From positions 9,165,612 to 9,229,611 of the forward strand of contig CM082591.2 of the NCBI GenBank assembly GCA_040954595.2: a stretch of DNA of 64,000 bases, in the 5' to 3' direction. The position numbers were made by a program, and so were the translations under genes. Shown one piece after another: positions 52,401 to 64,000 of the stretch (position 1 is its first letter; each line of letters begins with the position of its first letter). Under the pieces are notes generated by a model. The model ran no database searches. It was not told where the DNA came from and saw only the letters and a list, made by a program, of their open reading frames with translations. Origin of the DNA: Balanoglossus misakiensis. Taxonomy: Eukaryota > Animalia > Hemichordata.

Positions 52401-55400
52401 CCATGAGTTTTTCACTCTGGTGTCTACAAGTCGGATGGAAGTTGAGTGTAGTCGAACTTTTATTCACTATATATCCACATGTAGAATGAAATAAATAGTT
52501 TCTTCTATCAAACATAATTAATGGTAAAAGGGCAGCGAGAGAGAGACTTTGTCCCTTTAAACAGAAAACTACGTACCCTTTTACGATCCGAAACCTGGTC
52601 TTCACTTTCCAAGACGATCAAAGGTCCGTACAAACCATCGGTCCGTTGAACCCCAGCATGTGAATGATACCAGTGAGTTCCAGGAGGCGTTGCCAAAAAT
52701 CTGATAATGCAAAACACGGATAGAAATCAAAGTTGTACTTATGTTTAAAGCCTCTGGAGCTGCCACTATCCGCATTTTTTATGATTTTATTTTCCAACTT
52801 AGATAGGTACAGCGAAATAAGCATACTAATAGGTAAACATCAACATCTCATCGACGCCCGATTGTGGCTGTATGTTGCAATTTGAACACGCTATATTAAA
52901 CAGATGTCGCACACATTTAATATGCTTAAATGCAGGGAAGGTTAAACTTTGCATCAAAAGTAATTACCCAAGTGTGTGTGGGTTGCGCGAAACAAGAACA
53001 AATTAAACCGATGGCATATTCCGAGAAGTTTGAAATAATTCATAAAGATCATTGGCTATTGCACTTGCTGTATCTGACACTTCTTGATAAGCATGTAAAT
53101 ACTGACATAAAAAATAATTTCTGTCAGTTCACGAAGTGTTGGCGTAGCGACATATCATGAGCATTCTGTCATGTTGAGGCCTCGAATGGTTTGACGCTTG
53201 AAATTCCGGGTAGATTATAGACTACGGGTACTTATCGAATGTACCCCGGCTTTCAGGTGAAGCTAAAACCTTCCTAGGCATATGATAATGTGTGGTAACG
53301 TGAACGAGCTTTCGATGACGATTGTCACTGACGCGTTCGACTTGTGCGTGGACAGAAGACGAACTTGTAAAGCTGGGCTTGGGCGACAGATCACCCGTCC
53401 CAACTCAGACGGACCGAATAAGCAATAGCACAGAAAAATAGCTACGTAAACCCACCGATCTAGCAATCCAGCCTCACAGAGGCACAGTACTGATGCATAG
53501 AAATGGAGTTGAACGTAAATAAACGCAAAATAGCGGTAGCCAAGAGATTGGATCAGGAGCACACGAAGCGCACTGTTAGCTACAAGACGGCTACCACAGA
53601 AGTGACTCAGAAGGTGGGAAAGATTTGCCTATATGTGCACATGACATGTGACCTAGTCTCCGCCCCTCAATGGGTGAGTGACATACCATGCACGGGGACC
53701 GTGTACCTGAAAATCAGGGATATTGCCTATTTTTCTCAATCACCTGTAAACCCATACCATGAGCCCCTCCACACCATTGGGTTACCAAGCGCGCATGTAA
53801 TGTCAGGTATTTCATGACAACTCCCCCACCTAGACCTGTGTATGTCCTCATGCACAATTGGTTGTCAAAATATTACTTGTCATATACTTAACTGATCCAA
53901 CCTCAAGGTTAACAAGGGTAAGTAACCCTTCTGTCCTGTCAACAACTAAATCCAGAAGATTAGTCCAGTCAATACCGTCACAAAAATGTAACTGTGGATA
54001 CCACATCCTTCTAAAAGTATAAAGCTCGTCGTTCAGTCAGCCATCGTGAGGAACATGCCATATTGCACTGGCAATCTTATCGGAAGGACTCGTTGAAGCC
54101 TTCCGTAGACTCATCCATGGGTTTGGCAATGTCAGCTTACAATGTGATCATCTACTTGCCACCCATTTCTACTTCTGGGCAAACTAAATAAACTGTTATT
54201 TATAAGTTTAACGTTACCTGGCATACCCCTCTCAAAATTGTGTCTAGGTCCTATGTAAACATACATGATGTTACATGCAGAATACTATCTATTGACTGAT
54301 AAGAAAGTCTGAGGGCCATCAACATCCTGGACAACTCGAATAGTCCAGCAAAACTATAAATGGATAAAACATATTGCACCCTAGCCCCTACATTTTTGTT
54401 TTGCTTTGTTTTATTTTTTTTGTTTATTTTATAATTTTACAGTCAGTCAATGTAAGTCGATCGTCGAGAAGAAAACTAATAAACGATGATTCCTCATCAT
54501 CTTTCACTGTGACCCCTTATCACACGCAAGAAGACACATGACCATGCCACTGTGAACTCGTCGTTCACCAAGTGTAACTCTCCTGTATAGTTACACTTTA
54601 CCTGACTCACCTACGCAGGGATGTCAACACCTGAAGGGGGATACCACTGATCTCCCTGGCTACGTGCGTCCGATTACTTGTGATTAGATTACTTGGACAA
54701 CCCCTGCAGAGTTCTCCTTTGTCAGCTCCTTCCATGCCTGTTTTATGGCCTTTGTAGGTCTCCCGAAATCATAGTGGTCAACTGTTTTCATATTTCTCCT
54801 TGGATACCTATGACTGCTGTTATGCTCCTCAACCCTGTGTTAATTTGGTTTGTTATCAATGTTAGGATTATCGAGGTCAAGGTTGACCTCAGACAACTGA
54901 TTACTTTTCCCCTTAAAAATACAGTTGTGGTCATTCTTTGAGACAGATTCCGAGACATGATTCTGATTACCTACCCCCGATAATATGAGGTTATTACGAA
55001 AATACCGCAAAGAATGCACGAGGACATTAGCGCCGAGTATCGCCCGACGCGCTGTGGAGGACGATGCGCTGCGCTAATGTCCGAGTGCATACTTTGAGGT
55101 ATTTTCGTAATAACCTTACTATTATACATCTTACATCACCGTTAGTTCTTGTGTTGCATGTTACTTGGCTTTTAAAACGCCCAAAATGCCGATACATTCG
55201 ATAGAAAACCGCTCAGTTGACTCAGCGAGCAGCCATCTTTCTTTTTTGTTTACGTGCGTTCGACTGGGGGTGTCTTGAAACCGTCCGCATAACAACGCAT
55301 ACCTGTACACAGTGAGTTGGGGCGCCTTGAAACTTAAGGCGTATTTAACATGCGTTCCGTACGTACCGTTCCGTACAGCTTTTTTAGTGCACGCTAAATT

Positions 55401-58400
55401 CTATTGTTCTCGGTGCCAGATGTATAATAATGTATTATCAGTGTCTACAGGTTTACCAACATGTACACGCTCATCCACAGGCACTGTTTTTATCTTCTCC
55501 AACCAAGGAACCAGCTCTGTCCCGTGATATTGTTTCAGTTTTTCATGATGTACTATCTTAGGTTTGCTCCGTTGGCTATGTTGAATTCGGTATACAAGGT
55601 CAGAAAGTTTACCAATGACCAGATATGGCCCCTCGTAGACCAACTGCAGTTTGGGAGCATACCCCTTTTTCCTTCGCTCGTCTTTGAGCCAAACAAAATC
55701 CCCCACTTTAAAGTTACGGCTTGTGGCAAAACGATCATAGAGACGCTTCTGTCGACGAGCAGTTACTTTTAATTGTGTTCTTGCATGTGCATGTGCTTGT
55801 TCTAATTTTTCACGTAAATTGGTTACATAGTCAGAGCTAGACCCCCCTTAAGGGAGATCTACTGGCGTCAATGCTATATCCAATGGATAGTGCAACTCTC
55901 TCCCCAACATCAGCATATTAGGGGTTTCTCCTGTAGAAGGATGTACGCTACTGCGGTATGCAAAAGTAGCTAAACTAACATTCTCATCACAGTCTATATG
56001 CTCTGATATAGCGTACAAGTGAGTAATTGTACTTTTCGACCTTACCGTCACTCTATGGGTGACGTGGGGTTGTATAAGTTTTGTTAACCCAAAGCAACTC
56101 ACACACCTCCTTGAATACTCTTGAAAAAAAAGGCCTATGCTCTATCTTGAATTTGTACTCACCCAATAATTCTATCCATCGGACTAATTGCCCCTCAGGG
56201 TTCTTAAAACGCAATAACCAGACCAATGAGGCATGATCTGTTCGAATTGTGAACTCCCTACCGAGCAGGTAGTGTCTGAAATATTTGACATATTCAACGA
56301 CCACCAGCAGTTCTTGGCGCGTCACACAATAATTTCTTTCTGCTTTACTCAGGACCTTGCTAGCGTAACAAATGGGCCTTTCCACACCCACTTGTATCTG
56401 GCTCAGCACAGCACCTATACCTACTTTGCTGGCATCAGTATCTAGGATGAAATCCTCTTTTGCAGACGGGAAGGCTAATACTGACCAGGATGTTAATAAA
56501 TGCTTAAGTCTGTCAAAAGCTTCTTGTCATTCTGACGACCAAACAAAATGAGCATTCTTTTTGGTGAGCTCATTAAGTGGCTTTACTATACTAGAAAAGT
56601 CTTTAATGAACCGCCTGTAGTAAGATGCCAACCCATAGAAACTACGCACCTCTGATACATTAGTCGGTGCTGGCCATTTGCAAATGGATTCAATTTTCTT
56701 GGGGTCAGTGGAAACACCCTCCTTTGAAACTGTATGGCCCCAAAACTCTACCTGTTCGGCAAAAAGCACACATTTCTCTGCCTTCAACTTCAATCCAGCC
56801 CCTTTCAGTTTATCAAACACCATCTGCAACCGTTTCAGCTCTTCCTCAAATGTACTAGCAAAGACGATCAGGTCATCCAAATACAATAGACACACTTCCC
56901 ATTGCAGCCCGTAGAATACCTTCTCCATTAATTTTTGAAAGGTGCCCGGTGCCCCTGATAAACCCATGGGCATAACTGTCCATTCTAACGACCTACCAGA
57001 TGGAGTCACAATAGCTGACTTTTGTCGGCTTTCTTCATCTAGGGCAACCTGATAAAAACCACTGCAAAGGTCAAGGCAACTGTTAAAGCGTGCTCCACCC
57101 AGGCTTTCCAAGTTGTCCTGTATACGAGGCAAGGGATATGCATTAACAAGTGTTACTGCATTTAGGCGACGAAAATCACAAACCAGACGAAATGAGGAAT
57201 CTTTCTTGGCTACAAGTAGACATGGGCTACTCCACGGGGAGTCATTTTCTACCAACAGCCCCTTGTCAACAAATGTTTGTATTTGCTTGTCAATTTCCGC
57301 TTTCTTCCAATACGGAGCACGGTATGGAAGCAATTGTATGGGTTTCTCAGTTGTCGTGGGTATATGATGTTCCACTATGTGTGTTTTACCCAAATCTGTT
57401 GAATCTTTGATGAAGACATCAGCATTCTTTACCAGCACATCAAACACTAACTGCTTCTGTTGATCTTAAAGTTAAATTCTGAACGCTCTGCTATATTGAT
57501 CTTTCATATGGTCTAGCATTCTGCTACACTCACCAGCAGTTATTGTGTTGACAGATGGGAGTGTTGTCATTTCATCAGGTTTACTCAAAACATGGGAGGA
57601 CTCGATATCAAAATTGACTGTTTTGTCCATTCTCAACAGACCCATATACTGTACCTTTTTAACCTCAATGTCTTGGTTACAGAGATTTATAACTCTCACT
57701 GCGTGTAATTTATTTCCCACTTGACTAAGAGACCCTGCCCCCATTAGTCCAACTTCATTCAACTGCACTGGCGTCACCAAAGCTGTTATTTCAGAGAAAT
57801 TGTGTTGGATGGTGTCCTCTGACAAACCACCAGATATCTCACTTTTAGAAAACTGACGACCCCCATACAAACTATTACCAATGTTACCAACTCGAGGAGT
57901 TATACTCATACGAGACATGATAATGGCTTCATGCCCTGCCGGAATAGATTGAGCCCAATTTGCTTGCAACCGACAACAAAAAGGCTTTACATCTTCATGA
58001 ACTGTTTCCACCTGTTTGTTTCCTACAGTTACTGTACCCTCTTGAAGGTCCAAACGACAGTCAAATTCTCTCAAAAGATTCATACCCAAAATACCTGCAG
58101 ACCCATTTAGAGTTTCAGCTATTAAAATAGGTTCGACAGCTTGCCTTTCCCCTATTTCTATTTTCATCAAAGTTTCAGCCCATAGGCCTGGGATACTTTC
58201 GACCCATCCACCTGTATTAAACATGTACCAGAATCTGTCAACTGTGGGCGTTCATCTTTTGATATAAGTTCGAAAAATTCTTTAGAAATGATGCTATGCG
58301 TTGAACCAGTGTCTACAAGACACTTTTGGGTTACTCCGTGCATGTTTATTGAAGATAAATTGTTACCTAAGTGCAAATGACCAAGAGGAACCACGGGTTG

Positions 58401-61400
58401 ACTGTCCACCCGAGAGTTTCCCTCAGACTTTGACAGAAATGGTGCCAAGTCTGCAGTGACAGAAGAATTCTTCACACAAGTTTTATGAGGTGTATTTGCC
58501 TGTGTTTTCGGATGTCGGATTTTACCACCCCTCCCCTTTTTATTGTTAGCAGGTTCAGCGATATCAGATCTCGAGAGAGAATTGGGACTGTTTGTCGTTT
58601 TCTTATGAGCTCGATCTTTTCCGGCCTTTCCCACATTACCATATTGTGACTGTTTTATTTGGGTTGGGAGCCGTCCGGCTCTCCCAACCCTTTGGAGTTT
58701 AACGACTCCACATTTTTATCCGTCCGACTGGGCTTATATTGGGGACACTGTACTTTTCGATGCCCCTCAATTCCACAGATCCAACAAACAAGTTTCTTTG
58801 GGTCTGGGGCTTCATAGACTCTGCAAATTCTAACCTTTCCAAGCGATCTAGTATAATTGTAACAACACATCATTTGTACCCGTCGCCTGAACTTTACTTC
58901 CAGCAGCATTGTCAGTACTAGTGACTCGGACATTGGCAGTCTTTCCCTTTGCTTGACAAAACTGTTGAAAACTTTCCTCACACTGTGCTTCATGAACAAC
59001 ATTTTCCAGGGTAGCATCTTTTTCTCTACCCGCTTCACTGATTTTACGCTGAATAGCCACATCCTTTACGGCCATCATAAGACTATCTATGCAAAGGCGT
59101 TCCAAACATTCGCCAGTGGCGCTTGGATATGCTTTTATCATCATTTCCCTTATTTCTTGGGCCAAATCTTGGAGCGATTGATCTTTCTTTCGCGCAATGC
59201 TTTTCACCTGCAGACGGAAATCATCTGCGAGCCCACTAGCAGAGAAACGTTTTCCAAGCAACTGACATAATCCCTCATAGGTGTCGATGTCGTGCCCACA
59301 GTGAGCTGCAAATTGTAATGCACGCCCCCTCAATTTAGTCAACAACATGTTATATCGTTGTTCGGAATCCCACTGATTGACTTTGGCACAAATAATGAAG
59401 TGAACTCGATAATTGGCGAAAAGCTTTGTCCAGAAGCGGACAAATTTGGACTGTCGCATGTTCTAACAATGGGGGTTGTGTTCGCCCCTCTTGTCGGAAA
59501 ACTCTCATTACCACTCGATAAACTTCTACCTCTACCAATACAAGAGAAAAAACCTTTTGTGTCTCTCACTTGAGGGCTGAAACGAGGCATAGGGAAGTTG
59601 TTTTGGCTGCAGCTGGGGTATAACCCGTTCCCTCTGCTCCGCCACCACCACTCAAACAAACGCCTTTCTGAACTGTAGAGGTGAAAGTACTACCGTTATT
59701 TCTAGTAACAGTGTTGAACCCACTGTCAACGCTATCCACATCGTCCCCAAAAGAGAATGGAATAGCCTGTCCCCTGTGCTGAACACGGGGATGTATGACC
59801 GCTCCATCAGGAGACATGAGAGGAGGCAAATTCTTGTCGGTCTCAGTCTGTTTTTGACGAGTATTTGATGCGGATTATGCGGGCTGACCGCGAGGAAACG
59901 AAATATTGCTGTCTACAGATTTCTCCATTGCAATGAAATATGAAAAACAAGACTAACCCAGTAACACTGTATATAGCGCAACAAAAGAGCTATTGTTCTA
60001 TCATAAAAAGTAGCAAACTCGAAGCGAACACCTGCGCAATCCTGGAACACGAACACTTACAACAGTAGAAATCAAGAACGCCAAAACCCAATTTTTACAA
60101 TCCTGCTAAGCTGCCACCAGTTGTCACGAAATCTCGGGAAACACTGCGAATACTTTAAAGGTTCAGCACCTAATAAAGCACTCTGTGGAAATTTCCACAG
60201 AAATCTGCAGTGTGGTAACGTGAACGAGCTTTCGATGACGATTGTCACTGACGCGTTCGACTTGTGCGTGGACAGAAGACGAACTTGTAAAGCTGGGCTT
60301 GGGCGACAGAACACCCGTCCCAACTCAGACGGACCGAATAAGCAATAGCACTGAAAAAATAGCTACGTAAACCCACCGATCTAGCAATCCAGCCTCACAG
60401 AGGCACACTAGTGATGCATAGAAATGGAGTTGAACGTAAATAAACGCAAAATAGCGGTAGCCAAGAGATTGGATCAGGAGAACACGAAGCGCACTGTTAG
60501 CTACAAGACGGCTACCTCAGAAGTGACTCAGAAGGTGGGAAAGATTTGCCTATACATGTATGTGCACATGACATGTGACCTAGTCTCCGCCCCTCAATGG
60601 GTGAGTGACATACCATGCACGGGGACCGTGTACCTGAAAATCAGGGATATTGCCTATTTTTCTCAATCACCTGTAAACCCATACCATGAGCCCCTCCACA
60701 CCATTGCGTTACCAAGCGCGCATGTAATGTCAGGTATTTCATGACAATCTTCTTTGCAATTCTAGTCAATTTGTTTTCTTTCTTTTTATTTCAAATATTT
60801 TGTTAGGGCCATGAAGGAAGACTAGTTCTGATGAATTATATTTCATGGTATAAAAACCAAATGTATGAAATGCAATTACTTCTTATGGTGAAATTGTTAT
60901 TAAAACACAATGCCCGGTTTGGGCATATAACATTACGAACCTGCGCATGCGTACTGGTCAGTAAGCTGCAAAGCGACTATAAACCCACTTGTATGACCAT
61001 TGAACAAAAAAAAGTTACTGAAGCATGGAGAACTCAATCTTCAGGGCTGCCTCGTATAGAACTACTCATTTGTATTCAACGAGTGCTCCATAACAGTCTC
61101 ATTGTCGTCATATGAAAAAAAGAAAAGGCGCCGTATAATATCCACCAACACTTTCAGTTTCGTTTCACCCATTTACATTTCATTTTACAAATTCCCACGA
61201 TATGTTTACAAGGCATACAAGGCACACATTCTTTGTCAATTTGGATTGTCTGCGGTTGTTTTTGTGTGACCACGATGACCTTAGCTGGCCTAGATGCGGA
61301 GTGTCTTTAACCCTACACTCGTGAATAGAAACGATTAGTGGGAAACGACATGAAGAGGGGCGGTACAATGAAAGCTTTCGACGAGGTGAAAACGTTGTTA

Positions 61401-61725
61401 GTAATACACAATTTTCAATAATTATGAGGTTTGTGAGCTTTAGAAGCCACTTACCTTCTTGGGTCAACTCTACTTCCCTACTGCAGTCGATATCCAGGAC
61501 ACGTTTATATAGCTTGCCATCGGCTTTAGGGTAAATGGGCACAGCGCTGTCTCGAGTTTCGTTGTACAATGCCATGGTTTCCCTGTACGATACCTGCCAG
61601 TTGTAGGTGCAAACTTCGTAGTTGTCTTTCACACGGCAATCTCCATTTGGAGTCAAAATCTCCGATTTCGCCGGCAAAGATACAACAATTACTAAAAGTA
61701 GAGACAGTGGGAAGTTGCGAAGCAT
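40485..61725 (-). CDS. Laccase-type multicopper oxidase (secreted, C-terminal hydrophobic/GPI-like tail); copper site L1 exon(s) missing
   Basis: Exons: 61725-61455 (signal peptide [18 protein letters not shown]), 52700-52577 (GTHWYHSH, L2), 52033-51921 (LHDW), 49772-49663 (LINGK), 49223-48916 ([27 protein letters not shown]), 48126-47999, 47383-47188, 43737-43596, 43484-43197 (HPVHVHGH, L3; KDTV..P.GGY..IRF.ADN), 42145-41978 ([18 protein letters not shown]4, Met axial ligand), 40558-40485 ([14 protein letters not shown]). Phases match from exon 52700 onward. Confidence 0.9.
42231..42516. mobile_element. Short TIR MITE
   Basis: aggccaaa...atatg.tctgttccgattac is inverted as gtaatcggaacagcacatat...ttttggcct. 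Confidence 0.6.
43793..45669 (+). mobile_element. Kolobok-like element with degenerate THAP-domain start
   Basis: ttaa|agcgcatatcttgc...gtaagataggctct|ttaa ends. The subterminal IR tgtgacgtcacaagaggaacc (43990) pairs with ggttcctcttgtgacgtcac (45482). ATG at about 44085 gives [13 protein letters not shown], a THAP-like C..GCSN remnant. Confidence 0.6.
48735..48882. repeat. Degenerate (gatc)n/(cagt)n microsatellite in a laccase intron
   Basis: aatcgatcgctcgatcgatcgatc...agccagtcagtcagccagccagtcgatcgac. Confidence 0.8.
49898..50220. mobile_element. Academ-type MITE
   Basis: tagtctagaatccagact...agtctggattctagacta, a perfect 18-bp TIR. Confidence 0.7.
50428..51881. mobile_element. Non-autonomous TIR DNA transposon (1.45 kb, superfamily unassigned)
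   Basis: cagccagaacgcaacgccttcatta.catat...atatgctaatgaaggtgttgcgttctggctg. Flanking duplication is tat (or gtatc if the ends are shifted by 1 nt). Internal inverted blocks are present. Confidence 0.75.
53291..53819 (-). repeat. 3' LTR, lacking the last ~88 bp (U5 end)
   Basis: Near-identical to 60210-60746. Homology stops at tgtggtaacg (53291). Preceded on the minus strand by a polypurine tract. Confidence 0.9.
54981..55431 (-). mobile_element. Non-autonomous Crypton-type element nested in the Gypsy pol tail
   Basis: Terminal hairpin at 54988-55116 (aggttattacgaaaatacc...ggtattttcgtaataacct). The adjacent tattatacatct is inverted at the far end (agatgtataata, 55418-55429). A 4-nt taat direct repeat marks the junctions. 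Removing the element restores an open pol tail (DTDNTL|[11 protein letters not shown]...). Confidence 0.75.
55435..58634 (-). pseudogene. pol: Gypsy pol (protease-RT-RNase H-integrase), frameshifted, integrase N-terminal/core deleted
   Basis: [61 protein letters not shown]; RNase [26 protein letters not shown]. The sequence then jumps at about 56125 to late integrase (TTP.HP..G.VE, YRSSVH.STGETP, GPY). Confidence 0.9.
58655..59829 (-). pseudogene. gag: Gypsy gag (frameshifted) with CCHC zinc knuckle
   Basis: [11 protein letters not shown]...KLRG.A...RF...Q.L..LA.EI....KAYP and [14 protein letters not shown] are split across frames. Confidence 0.8.
60122..60746 (-). repeat. 5' LTR (625 bp)
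   Basis: TG...CA ends, followed after 2 nt by PBS TGGTGGCAGC. Confidence 0.9.
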
Positions 61726-62213
61726 GTTGAAACGCTCTGCACCAGACCCACAGCGAACAATAGAACCACGTTCACAAGAGGTGAATTGAACCCACGCTGC
61801 ACGTAAGGGGTGTGTGAATGAAAATGAAACAGAATTCTGTGTCAGGGACTCTATATGACCTCTATCACAATCACCCATGAAAGAAGTCAATAAATCATGA
61901 AACCGTGGCATATTTCGGCTAATCATTAAACCAATATGCACTTTCCAAAGCTAATTGCCCAGAGGAGATATTTCCCGAAAGTACCTAACTGACGCCACAC
62001 ACGGGGGGCGGGATGGGGTGGGGTGGGAGGTAATTGTACATTTTTTTACACAAAATAGTTATATGTGTTTACTTTAATAACAAAACATATCTCCGATCTC
62101 ATATTATCTCTCTTAGGACAAACCAGCCAATAAATGAAATGAGGCGAAGACTGTGGGGGGGGGGGAGGGGGTGGGTGTGGGTGGGTGTGGGACAACACAC
62201 CAGCTATGGCAGC

Positions 62214-62387
62214 GATAGACTCTCTCACAGCCCCTCTCGCCGTCCATGCAGGCTATGGTCTAAATTCATGTGTGCCCGGCGAGATGTTCGCTACACAACA
62301 ACATATGGGGCTTCTCCTTTGCTAAACGGTTGAGGGCGCGTCTGTGAAAAGCCTTGTAGCGAACCGTGGACTTTGATGAGAGTCTAT
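62214..62387. mobile_element. Short MITE with ATAGACTCTC TIR and 7-bp TSD ggcagcg (P/hAT-like)
   Basis: ggcagcg|atagactctc...gagagtctat|ggcagcg. Confidence 0.55.
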
Positions 62388-64000
62388 GGCAGCGAAAGAG
62401 TGGATGGTGTTGGCGAAGATCGATGATCATTTCTGTCCTGTGCTATCTGCTCAGAGCGATAGGCCTACAATACATGTAACACTAAACTGCTGTCGTGTCT
62501 ACACAACTTCTGCGAGCCGAGTCTGGGTATATCAGCAAATCTCTCTCGTAGTCGGCTGAAAATATGGTCTGACCCCCAAAAATTGCAACAAAAGGTTTCT
62601 CAATGGTTTTCTGTAGTATTGAATGTCCTTAATAACATATAAAAAGTCTACCAAAATCTGATGGCCGGAAATGTGTAATTTTAAAGGTTTTACCCAAGAT
62701 GACTGCCACAGACTTAATTTTCCATATTTTAGTATATTCTAATTTTCTTGTTTTTAAAATATTTTGTATATCAATGACTTTTTAACAAATGTAAAGAAAA
62801 ATCGGGTGTTCCTATGCTACTTTTTTCAATGAGATGGTCTAAAACTTTGTGATCAATGCCGAATCAGCACTTTTCTTGCACACCTCATGCTACAGTTTTC
62901 CTATGCTGAAAATATCTGAATAGATATCTCAAAATGAAGATGTGGGTGTATGGCTTTTAATGTACCGGTTAAACACACCATAGCAGGAAAAAGTCAGTAA
63001 CTCCAAGGTGTTCCAGGAAATATGTAATTGGTTGACGACGTATGGTTGGCAACCACTCACGTTACATCGAATAACATGTCTGAAATCATCAAATATGCAT
63101 CGTCGTAAACCGCGACCTCTTTACGGCAACAGTTTCTGCGTAGCGGGGGTAAACGACCCTGGTTCGGGAGAATGCATGTATGTTACTGAATCCCAATATA
63201 TTGCCAGGCTATCTGCCAATACATTTGTGATTTTTCTGACTGAGAACATTTGTTGAAATCGAACTACGAAGGCTCAGGTGTGATTTTGTAAGCCTCGCAG
63301 TCATCAATAGAATGAATAACAATGCACAATGCATGTTGTGCTGACGTCATGTTTGACTGACGTCACAAGCAACTGTTTCAATCGTGTCCATCAATGATTG
63401 GATAGAGATCTGTGTCGTAAAAAAACTACATTTTAACAGACCACGTATCCATGATTGATGAACGACATATTTACCAAATTAAAACAACGGACACCATAGC
63501 GATTTGCAATAGCTATCGTTAATACTGCCATAAATCTGGCAAACTTTCAGCTGAAGATTTACACAGTGTATTTATTAGGGTTCAGGTAATTTACACGATT
63601 ACAAGTCGGAGTATTCGTTCGAATTAAAAAATGAATAATCTTGTCATACTTTTGGAATGTATCTCATTTTTTGTCGTGACTATACTTTTAGAATTATTGG
63701 TTAATATTAACGTTAAAGAGAGAAATATTTTAGTGTATCTAAAACAATGTGCTTCGACTAGAACAGTAAAATGAAATCATTAAATTAACATTGGCTATAT
63801 TTGAACTTAGCAGAACATATTGGTACAAAACGACGTGCGTGTTAGAGATACTATAGGATTGGAAGTCATTATTTCAAAGGGACAAAGTCTCTCTCTCGCT
63901 GCCCTTTTTTCCATTTATTATGTTTGATACAAGAAACCGCCAACATGAATAGTTGGTGAGATTTTCACTGTCGTGTCTACACGTGGGATGGAAGTTGTGT

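Larger units (their letters stand above)
53291..60746 (-). mobile_element. Ty3/Gypsy LTR retrotransposon (defective) in laccase intron 1
   Basis: 5' LTR 60746-60122 (TGTCATG...CGTGACA); PBS TGGTGGCAGC at about 60119-60110 (tRNA-Leu-type 3' end); gag with [14 protein letters not shown] knuckle; protease LVDTGS; RT YLDD; RNase H; partial integrase with GPY; PPT GGTGGGGGAG; 3' LTR 53819-53291 (truncated). Confidence 0.95.

Noticed and set aside
53167-53290. tgtcatg at 53167 as the true outer end of the 3' LTR
   Set aside because: 53167-53290 has no similarity to 60122-60209, and the flank (cattc) does not match the other flank (atctt) as a TSD.
53503-53817. Duplicated 104-106 aa plus-strand ORFs (also 60424-60744)
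   Set aside because: Antisense frames within the two LTRs; no recognisable domain.
54541-54552. Minus-strand QWHG as the missing laccase HWHG motif
   Set aside because: It lies inside the retrotransposon, with no laccase context or splice sites.
61180-61941. 253-aa ORF as a single-exon protein
   Set aside because: Only 61725-61455 is coding (signal peptide start, GTAAG donor); the rest is 5' region and intron read-through.

Overview
Eukaryotic, intron-rich, AT-rich marine-invertebrate-like genomic DNA. All three host genes are on the minus strand. (1) A kielin/chordin-like VWC-repeat gene (22 exons, about 13.5 VWC modules, 1659-21214) has no 5' part in the window and carries a 5-bp nonsense lesion. 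(2) A small permuted NlpC/P60 (LRAT-like) gene lies at 35547-35885. (3) A laccase-type multicopper oxidase with a likely GPI anchor (40485-61725) has every exon in frame, but the exon(s) encoding the HWHG copper site are missing next to a Gypsy retrotransposon whose 3' LTR is truncated. Between the genes is a nest of transposons. It contains a truncated Academ element, a near-intact Crypton tyrosine-recombinase element and, most interesting, a degenerate multi-exon P-element-superfamily transposase facing a convergent HIRAN-domain gene, a candidate two-gene DNA transposon system. Three separate Crypton-type elements share one end architecture: a long terminal hairpin plus an offset inverted-repeat pair. 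Many TTAA-flanked (Kolobok-type), TA-flanked, Academ-type and Helentron/HINE-like non-autonomous elements fill the introns. All family assignments come from motif recognition by eye; no searches were run.
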